From contig JAGXHH010000037.1 in the NCBI GenBank assembly GCA_024636355.1, positions 1-33,641 of the forward strand: DNA of 33,641 nucleotides, in the 5' to 3' direction. Within the stretch, counting starts at the first letter, position 1, and every line of letters begins with the position of its first letter. Shown here piece by piece: positions 16,013 to 22,361 of this stretch. A program made the translations under genes and the position numbers. The notes under the pieces are model-generated. The model was not told the DNA's origin and made no database searches. It saw only the letters and a program-made list of their open reading frames with translations. This stretch comes from Desulfobacteraceae bacterium. GTDB lineage: Bacteria > Desulfobacterota > Desulfobacteria > Desulfobacterales > Desulfosalsimonadaceae.

Positions 16013-17121
16013 AATTGGCTTATAAAAGGACTTTTGAAACATTTTCCGGAAAGATCCGCGTCGCGCTGGCGCTAATGGCGGTGTTGCCCTGTTTGATCGT
16101 TATATACCTGTTTCTGGATGAAGGAATCGTACCGACGGATACGGTTTACCTTTTCGCTTCGCTGGCATTGCTTTCCATTTTTTCCGGTTTTGCGCTCCTC
16201 TGGCGGTCTGCTTTGCAGCTTTATTATTTAAGCTGCGAAACCGGAAAGCTCGAATCAGGGGAAAAACGGGATTCGATTCAAATTCAGGGGGATGACGAAG
16301 TCAACCGGATCGCCGCTCATTTCAACTCCCTGCTCAAGCGGCTCGAGGAAATGAAGCGGAAAAATCAGGATCAGGCCACGCAGTTAATGGTCTATGCCCG
16401 GGACCTTTCCCTTTCCTATCAGCGCACCAAGCGAGAAGAGGAACTGCGCAACCGCATCAGCCGCTATGTGGGCAATAACCTGGTTGAAAAACTGGTGAAT
16501 CTCAAGGACGGGGTTTTCCTGGAAACCGAACGGCGTTCGGTGACGGTTCTTTTTGCCGACATCCGTTCCTTTACGGCCATTGCCGAGCGCATGGCGGCCG
16601 AAGATGTGGTGCTGATGCTCAATCAGTATTTTTCGATTATGGTGGATTTGATTTTTAAGAATACCGGACTGCTGGACAAATTCGTAGGCGATCAGCTCAT
16701 CGCCGTCTTTGGTCTGGTCGATTCCGATACGAATCCGCCGGAAAATGCAATCCGGACGGCCATCGAGATGCAGGCGGCCACGGAAGAAATCATGAAGAAA
16801 AGAAAACGCAAAGGCCTGGAGACGTTTGACGTCGGTATCGGGATCAACACCGGAAATGCCATTATCGGCAACATCGGCTCGACGAACCGAATGGATTACA
16901 CGGTAATTGGTGATTGTGTCAATGTCGCAGCACGGCTGGAACAGATGGCCAAGGGCGGCGAAATTATCATCGGAGAACAGACCTATATCAATAATACCGG
17001 CAGCTTTCAATTCGAAAGCCGGGGCGAGGTCTACGTGAAGAACAAACTCGAACCTGTCGTCTGCTACAACGTCCTTGGAAACCAGGCGATCTCCTCATCC
17101 AAAGCGGCAATTCCCTCCTGA
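16009..17121 (+). CDS. membrane-anchored class III adenylate/guanylate cyclase (two TM helices, HAMP-like linker, cyclase domain)
   Basis: VTVLFADIRSFTAIAE, LDKFVGDQLIAVFG, GIGINTGNAIIGNIGS and DYTVIGDCVNVAARLE are class III cyclase motifs. Lys in DKFVGD and Thr in DYTVIGD suggest ATP specificity. The start ATG overlaps the PilZ stop (ATGA at 16009-16012). Confidence 0.88.
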   Translation: MKLAYKRTFETFSGKIRVALALMAVLPCLIVIYLFLDEGIVPTDTVYLFASLALLSIFSGFALLWRSALQLYYLSCETGKLESGEKRDSIQIQGDDEVNRIAAHFNSLLKRLEEMKRKNQDQATQLMVYARDLSLSYQRTKREEELRNRISRYVGNNLVEKLVNLKDGVFLETERRSVTVLFADIRSFTAIAERMAAEDVVLMLNQYFSIMVDLIFKNTGLLDKFVGDQLIAVFGLVDSDTNPPENAIRTAIEMQAATEEIMKKRKRKGLETFDVGIGINTGNAIIGNIGSTNRMDYTVIGDCVNVAARLEQMAKGGEIIIGEQTYINNTGSFQFESRGEVYVKNKLEPVVCYNVLGNQAISSSKAAIPS

Positions 17122-17295
17122 CCCCACGGGTTATGTCAAAAGATGCCTGAAATATCCGGCGTAAAAAAGCGGAACTGTAGCGCCGGTGGAAAATGTCCGT
17201 TGAACTTGCATGAAATTCCTTGTAATTTACTTACGGTGATTACTGTGGGAAAGGACGGCAGGTAGTAAGCTGTTTTGGGGAAAAAGAGTGGAGAA

Positions 17296-17393
17296 TGGCG
17301 GAAGTGCATGGGAATCGAACCCACCCGGGACGGTATTAACGCCCCACACCGGATTTGAAGTCCGGGAGCCCCACCAGTGAGCTGCGCACTTCC
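17296..17393 (-). tRNA. selC: tRNA-Sec (anticodon UCA)
   Basis: The reverse complement reads GGAAGTGC...CCGGA-CTTCAAA-TCCGG...GTGGG-TTCGATT-CCCAT-GCACTTCC-G-CCA. Features are an 8-bp acceptor stem, anticodon loop C-T-TCA-A-A, a long variable arm (GGGGCG/CGTCCC stem), a T-loop TTCGATT, discriminator G and an encoded CCA. It is closely parallel to E. coli selC (GGAAGATC...GGACTTCAAATCC...GATCTTCCGCCA). Confidence 0.92.
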
Positions 17394-17407
17394 GCAATCT
17401 GCAAAAG

Positions 17408-17436
17408 AAATTATCGTTTAATTCCTTCGGGGTCAA
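17408..17436 (-). promoter_or_regulatory. candidate sigma-70 promoter for selC (TTGACC-17 nt-TAATTT)
   Basis: On the minus strand, TTGACC (17436-17431), a 17-nt spacer and TAATTT (17413-17408) end 14 nt upstream of the mature tRNA 5' end. Confidence 0.45.
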
Positions 17437-17458
17437 GCATTTTAAAAAAGGATCCATA

Positions 17459-18619
17459 ATGACAATGATCGACGACAAGGACCGACTGGGCCGGACATTC
17501 AAGTTCCTGGCAGGAATCGACAGCGTTTCCCGGGAAGAGGGGATAATATCTCAGGAAATCCGAAAAATCCTGGAGGAACTCGGAGCCGAGGTGTTTATCG
17601 ATGGCAGCGGCCGGCAGACCGGCAGCAATACCGGTAATCTGATCGCCAAGTTTGATGGCAATCGCAACGCCCCCATACTGTTGTTAAATGCCCACATGGA
17701 CACGGTCGAGCCGGGAAGGGGTGTCAAGCCCCAGTTCTCGGACGGTGTGTTTACGAGCGACGGCACCACGGTGCTGGGGGCCGATGATAAGAGCGCCATT
17801 GCCATCATTATAGAAGCCTTGCGGCTGATTCGCGAAAAGGATCTGCCCCACGGACCCCTGGAGGTGGTCTTCACTATCTGCGAAGAAATCGGTCTCCTGG
17901 GGGCCAAGCACCTCGACTACAGCCTGCTTGCTGCCGAGGTCGGCTATGCGCTCGATACAGCCGACACCGAAACCATTATCACCATGGCCCCGGCATCGAA
18001 TCGGTTCGACCTGACCGTGCATGGCAAATCGGCCCACGCGGGCGCCGATCCGGAACGGGGAATAAATGCCATCGCCATCGCCAGCAAAGCGATTGCAGGC
18101 CTGGAACTGGGCCGCATCGATTCCGAGACCACCTGCAACATCGGGTTTATAGAATGTGCAGGGGCAACCAATATCGTACCGGACCAGGTGCGGATCAAGG
18201 GAGAAGTCCGGAGTCATGACCTGGAAAAGCTCGAGGAGGTAACCCAACGGATCATTGCGGCATTTGATCAAACGGTGGAAAACTGGCCACAACGGGATGA
18301 CGCACAAGGCCTGCCCCATCTCACAGTTCATGTCGATAATGAATTTCCCGGAACGAATATTTCCGATTCCCATCCGGTGGTCCGACTGGCCAAAAAAGCT
18401 GCCGAAAATCTGGGGCGGCAGATCGTATCGAAAAAAACCGGCGGCGGCGCGGATGCCAACATCTTTTTTTCACGGGGAATCATTACCGGCGTGATCGGTA
18501 CCGGCATGCGCGACATCCACACGGTTCGGGAATGGATCCGGCTGGATGATATGGCCGAAACCGTTCGGCTGCTGCTCGAGATCATTCGCCTGCATGCCGA
18601 ACGGGAACCGATATCATGA
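17459..18619 (+). CDS. M20-family metallopeptidase (peptidase T / tripeptidase-like)
   Basis: 386 aa with LLLNAHMDTV, GADDKSAIA and ICEEIGLLGA (metal ligands His/Asp/Glu-Glu in M20 order) and a dimerisation-domain-sized insert. Confidence 0.8.
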   Translation: MTMIDDKDRLGRTFKFLAGIDSVSREEGIISQEIRKILEELGAEVFIDGSGRQTGSNTGNLIAKFDGNRNAPILLLNAHMDTVEPGRGVKPQFSDGVFTSDGTTVLGADDKSAIAIIIEALRLIREKDLPHGPLEVVFTICEEIGLLGAKHLDYSLLAAEVGYALDTADTETIITMAPASNRFDLTVHGKSAHAGADPERGINAIAIASKAIAGLELGRIDSETTCNIGFIECAGATNIVPDQVRIKGEVRSHDLEKLEEVTQRIIAAFDQTVENWPQRDDAQGLPHLTVHVDNEFPGTNISDSHPVVRLAKKAAENLGRQIVSKKTGGGADANIFFSRGIITGVIGTGMRDIHTVREWIRLDDMAETVRLLLEIIRLHAEREPIS

Positions 18620-19779
18620 TCGCCTACCTGGATTGTTTTTCCGGAATCAGCGGTGACATGACCCTGGGTGCCCTGGTGGATCTCGGGGTCCCCGTGGACT
18701 GGCTCGAAGACCGGATCAAGACGTCATTGTCATTAACCGGCTTTCGCCTCCAGGTTCGTACTGTTGACCGTTCGGGGATTTCCGCCCGAAAGGTTGATGT
18801 GATTGTCGATGATACGACCGAACGCGATTATGCCCGAATCCGGCAGATGATTCAAACGGGAAACCTTTCCGCCGCGGTTGCGGAAACGAGTCTGGCCATG
18901 TTTGCGCGCCTGGCCGCTGCGGAAGCAAAAATTCACGGCTGCCCGGCAGATGCGGTTCACTTCCATGAACTCGGCGGAGTTGATGCCATTGTCGACATTG
19001 TCGGTGCGGCCCTCGGGTTCGATTACCTGGGCATCAAAACTGTGCGGGCATCCTCGATTGCCCTGGGTTCAGGGACGGTGCGCTGTGCACACGGAACGCT
19101 TCCGGTACCGGCGCCCGCAACGGTGGCTATACTGGAGGGGGTGCCGGCATATGGCACCGAAAGCGGCTGCGAACTGGTGACGCCGACCGGGGCGACCATT
19201 GTCACCACCCTTGCCGAAGGATATGGTGTTCTGCCCGATATGGTGATCGAAAAAACAGGGTACGGGGCAGGGCACAGGGATCTGAAAGGCCGGCCGAACG
19301 TGCTTCGCATCATAACCGGCCGATTGGAAAGCGCTTCCGCTGATACCATGGAAATGGTGGAGACGTGCATTGACGATATGAATCCGGAGGTGTTCGGATA
19401 CGTAAGCGAACGGCTTTTCGGCGATGGTGCGGCCGATGTCTACATGGTGCCGGTCTACATGAAAAAGGGGCGACCCGGCACAATGTTGCAGGTGCTGTGC
19501 AGCCGGGCGAACCAGTCGGCGGTTATCGAGCGGATTTTAAATGAAACGACCGCCATCGGGGTGCGCCATTACAGTGTCCAACGACAGGTTCTGGAACGCT
19601 GCGCCGTGACGGTATCCACGCCGCTGGGTCCGGTTGCGGCCAAGCAAGTGAGAACCCCGGATGGAAACGTCCGTATTGCACCGGAATACGAAGCATGCCG
19701 GAAAATTGCGGCTGAAAAGAATCTGCCCGTTCAATCGGTTTATAATGCCGTTCTGCGGCATATCGGCCAGGGAAAATAG
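18616..19779 (+). CDS. larC: LarC-family nickel insertion protein (nickel-pincer cofactor biosynthesis, DUF111)
   Basis: The N-terminus MIAYLDCFSGISGDMTLGALVDLGVP and HFHELGGVDAIVDIVG are characteristic of LarC/DUF111. The start overlaps the peptidase stop (ATGA). Confidence 0.85.
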   Translation: MIAYLDCFSGISGDMTLGALVDLGVPVDWLEDRIKTSLSLTGFRLQVRTVDRSGISARKVDVIVDDTTERDYARIRQMIQTGNLSAAVAETSLAMFARLAAAEAKIHGCPADAVHFHELGGVDAIVDIVGAALGFDYLGIKTVRASSIALGSGTVRCAHGTLPVPAPATVAILEGVPAYGTESGCELVTPTGATIVTTLAEGYGVLPDMVIEKTGYGAGHRDLKGRPNVLRIITGRLESASADTMEMVETCIDDMNPEVFGYVSERLFGDGAADVYMVPVYMKKGRPGTMLQVLCSRANQSAVIERILNETTAIGVRHYSVQRQVLERCAVTVSTPLGPVAAKQVRTPDGNVRIAPEYEACRKIAAEKNLPVQSVYNAVLRHIGQGK

Positions 19780-19843
19780 AGACGAACTTTCTGCGGTAAA
19801 CAATGCCTTGACACGAGGTATGCCGGATTATAGAACCGTTTCC

Positions 19844-20302
19844 ATGAATTTCAAGCGCCACCTGATCATCGGCATTGCCACATGCGGCGGTATTGGAAAC
19901 GCCCCGTTTGCCCCCGGAACATTCGGATCGCTTCCGGGCGTGCTCCTCTATTTTCTGCTCTCGGTCCTGGCTCCGGCGTATGCGGTGGTCTGCCTGCTGA
20001 GCATTATCGGTATTGCGGTCTGGAGCGCCGGACATGCCGAGCAGTTTCTCATCCGGAAGGATCCAAAAAATGTCGTAATCGATGAAATCGCAGGGATGGG
20101 GGTCACGTTTATCGGCCTTCCGTTTTCCTGGCCGGTCGCCATTGCGGGATTTCTTCTTTTCCGGATTTTTGATATTATAAAACCGTATCCGATAAATTTT
20201 CTGGAAAAACGGTTTGCCGGCGGCATCGGCGTGGTCATCGACGATGTGGCGGCCGGTGTGATCTGCCGGATTCTGTTGGGGGTCGGACTCTGGTTGATCT
20301 GA
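19844..20302 (+). CDS. pgpA: phosphatidylglycerophosphatase A
   Basis: GIATCGGIGNAPFAPGTFGSLPGVLLY, VVIDEIAGM and FRIFDIIKPYP are typical of PgpA. The start is taken at ATG 19844 (ATG 19820 is an alternative). The track ORF start at 19661 lies inside larC. Confidence 0.85.
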   Translation: MNFKRHLIIGIATCGGIGNAPFAPGTFGSLPGVLLYFLLSVLAPAYAVVCLLSIIGIAVWSAGHAEQFLIRKDPKNVVIDEIAGMGVTFIGLPFSWPVAIAGFLLFRIFDIIKPYPINFLEKRFAGGIGVVIDDVAAGVICRILLGVGLWLI

Positions 20303-20326
20303 GAAAATTATAAAGAGATTGCCGCA

Positions 20327-20938
20327 ATGGCCGGAAACGGGAAATCACAAGACGAAAGGCAACCGGCATCGAAACGAATCCGGGCGTTTGTCGCGATAGA
20401 ACTGCCGGAAACGGTCCGGAATGCCTTGGGCAGCCTTCAGAAAAATCTCAGGGATTACGGATTTTCCGCCAAATGGAGCCGGCCGGAAAATATCCATCTG
20501 ACCCTGAAATTTCTCGGCGATATCGCCGAATCGGAAATCGCCCCTCTGGGGGAACAGATGGCGTCCATTGCGCGGGAAACCGCGCCGATAACTATAGTTG
20601 CCCAGGGATTGGGCGTGTTTCCGAGCGTGCGGCGGCCCCGGGTATTGTGGACCGGGATCGGCGGCGAAACGGACCGATTGTCAAACCTGCAGCAAGCCAT
20701 AGAATCGGGTTTCGAGACTCTTGGTTATGAACGGGAGAGCAAACGATTCGCCGGTCATTTTACATTGGCCCGGTTCAAGGGCGGGGTCGATCCGGAAGCA
20801 ATCGTTTCCGCAATGGGCCGGTTCGGTGGTTTTGTTTCCGATTCGTTTACGGCCGACCATGTACACCTGTTTCAAAGTGAATTAACGCCCCGGGGACCGA
20901 TTTATACCAAAATAGTCAGTAAGTATTTGGAAAAATAA
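20327..20938 (+). CDS. thpR: RNA 2',3'-cyclic phosphodiesterase (2H family, ThpR/LigT)
   Basis: Two H-x-T-x motifs at the right spacing: HLTLKFLG and HFTLARF. Confidence 0.85.
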   Translation: MAGNGKSQDERQPASKRIRAFVAIELPETVRNALGSLQKNLRDYGFSAKWSRPENIHLTLKFLGDIAESEIAPLGEQMASIARETAPITIVAQGLGVFPSVRRPRVLWTGIGGETDRLSNLQQAIESGFETLGYERESKRFAGHFTLARFKGGVDPEAIVSAMGRFGGFVSDSFTADHVHLFQSELTPRGPIYTKIVSKYLEK

Positions 20939-20944
20939 TCTTGC

Positions 20945-20962
20945 TCTTAATCTTAATCTTAA
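20945..20962. repeat. tandem hexamer (TCTTAA)x3
   Basis: TCTTAA occurs at 20945, 20951 and 20957, directly after the thpR stop. Confidence 0.8.
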
Positions 20963-20984
20963 TTGCCATGAAAAAGTCCGTTTT

Positions 20985-21067
20985 AACCACAGAGGGCACA
21001 AAGTACACAGAGAACTGCTCTTTTATTTTAACGACTTATCTCTGTGACCTCTGAGTTCTCTGTGGTT
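20985..21067. repeat. compound inverted repeat built from CACAGAG / CTCTGTG motifs (REP-like element or terminator)
   Basis: The terminal 10-bp perfect inverted repeat is AACCACAGAG (20985-20994) / CTCTGTGGTT (21058-21067). CACAGAG occurs at 20988 and 21006, and CTCTGTG at 21040 and 21058. Confidence 0.7.
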
Positions 21068-21258
21068 GCTTTTGCTTTTTACGAATTCATCAATACTTGA
21101 TGTATACCCGTTTTTTAAAAACTGTGTCAAATGACAATAGGGCATCGCCAAACCGGCACGGTTTTTTTGGCCGGCAACCCATGATCGGGACCGTGTTTCA
21201 CTTGCGGTGGGATGCGGTTGACGCAAACACCTTGGCGAAGATATTCAGGAGAACGACA

Positions 21259-22341
21259 ATGATCAAATCCGCGGACAAGGAAAAAGCAGTAGAATCGGCA
21301 ATGAGCCAGATCGAGCGTCAGTTCGGCAAAGGCGCCATTATGAAGCTGGGCAGCAATGTGGTCCTCGACATTCCCGCAATTCCGACCGGTTCGCTGGCTT
21401 TGGACCTGGCATTGGGTGTCGGGGGGCTGCCCCGTGGACGAATTACGGAAATCTACGGCCCGGAGGCCTCCGGAAAAACCACCCTGGCGCTGCATGCGGT
21501 GGCCGAAGCCCAGAAACAGGGGGGGATCGCCGCATTTATCGATGCCGAACATGCACTGGATACGGCATACGCCAGGAAATTGGGTGTCAATTGTGATGAA
21601 CTCCTGGTGTCCCAGCCCGATACCGGAGAGCAGGCCTTGGAGATTGTCGACATGCTGGTCCGAAGCGGCGCCATCGACGTTCTGGTGATCGACTCTGTGG
21701 CCGCCCTGGTGCCCCGGGCGGAAATCGAAGGGGAGATGGGCGATTCCCATATGGGCCTGCAGGCCCGCCTGATGTCCCAGGCCCTGCGGAAATTGACGGC
21801 CAGCATCAGCAAAACCATGACATCGGTCATCTTCATCAACCAGATTCGAATGAAGATCGGAGTGGTGTTCGGCAATCCCGAAACCACAACCGGCGGCAAT
21901 GCCCTGAAATTTTATTCGACGGTTCGGCTGGAAGTGCGGCGGACCGGAGCGATCAAGGAGGGCCAGGACATCGTAGGCAGTCGGACAAAGGTGAAGGTGG
22001 TAAAAAACAAGGTCGCCCCGCCGTTCAAGGAAGCCGAATTCGATATCATGTACGGTGATGGAATTTCTGCCGCAGGCGACCTTCTCGACCTGGGAGTCAA
22101 GGCAGAGGTAATCGATAAGAGCGGGTCCTGGTATTCCTATGAAGGCGAGCGGATGGGCCAGGGTCGGGAGAATGTCAAAAAGTATTTCGACGAACATCCC
22201 GATTTTTATGCTCAGCTGCGCGACAAGGTAAAAGTGGCTATCGGTATCACGATCCCGCAGAAAAAAGAGGATAAGGCAGATGCTAAAGCCGATGTTAAAC
22301 CCGAGGCTAAAAAAGCCGATAAAGCAGCGGCTGCGCAATAA
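21259..22341 (+). CDS. recA: recombinase RecA
   Basis: The ATG at 21259 is preceded by AGGAGA. Motifs include [25 protein letters not shown], Walker [18 protein letters not shown] and [10 protein letters not shown]. The track ORF start at 21097 is an upstream extension with no RecA similarity. Confidence 0.97.
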   Translation: MIKSADKEKAVESAMSQIERQFGKGAIMKLGSNVVLDIPAIPTGSLALDLALGVGGLPRGRITEIYGPEASGKTTLALHAVAEAQKQGGIAAFIDAEHALDTAYARKLGVNCDELLVSQPDTGEQALEIVDMLVRSGAIDVLVIDSVAALVPRAEIEGEMGDSHMGLQARLMSQALRKLTASISKTMTSVIFINQIRMKIGVVFGNPETTTGGNALKFYSTVRLEVRRTGAIKEGQDIVGSRTKVKVVKNKVAPPFKEAEFDIMYGDGISAAGDLLDLGVKAEVIDKSGSWYSYEGERMGQGRENVKKYFDEHPDFYAQLRDKVKVAIGITIPQKKEDKADAKADVKPEAKKADKAAAAQ

Positions 22342-22361
22342 TTCAGTAAAGCGGAGTATCC

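Noticed and set aside
17122-17295. A search for an integrase, a direct repeat of the selC 3' end or another island hallmark next to tRNA-Sec
   Set aside because: I could find no such element by eye in this window. The island idea is therefore presented only as a weak inference under the selC finding.
21122-21137. CTGTGTCAAATGACAA upstream of recA, resembling the E. coli SOS box CTGT-N8-ACAG
   Set aside because: The second half-site is ACAA, not ACAG. LexA boxes described for deltaproteobacterial lineages differ from the E. coli consensus, and I cannot verify conservation. The nearby GGTTGACGCAAACACC also fails the Geobacter-type GGTT-N2-C-N4-G-N3-ACC spacing.
21220-21245. TTGACG-N16/17-GATATT as the recA sigma-70 promoter
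   Set aside because: Transcription from it would start inside or at the Shine-Dalgarno sequence (AGGAGA at 21247-21252), leaving essentially no 5' UTR. The placement is implausible without experimental support.
21127-22338. A 403-aa ORF antisense to almost the whole of recA. There are similar long antisense ORFs at 22212-23150 (alaS), 25963-26964 (SBP), 30351-31730 (plsB), 6646-7533, 2396-3223, 13409-13981, 14293-14928, 16384-17010 and 17684-18373.
   Set aside because: Each lies opposite a gene with unmistakable family motifs. Their translations are low-complexity and Arg/Gly/Pro-rich with no recognisable motifs or RBS. They are typical shadow ORFs of moderately GC-rich coding DNA.
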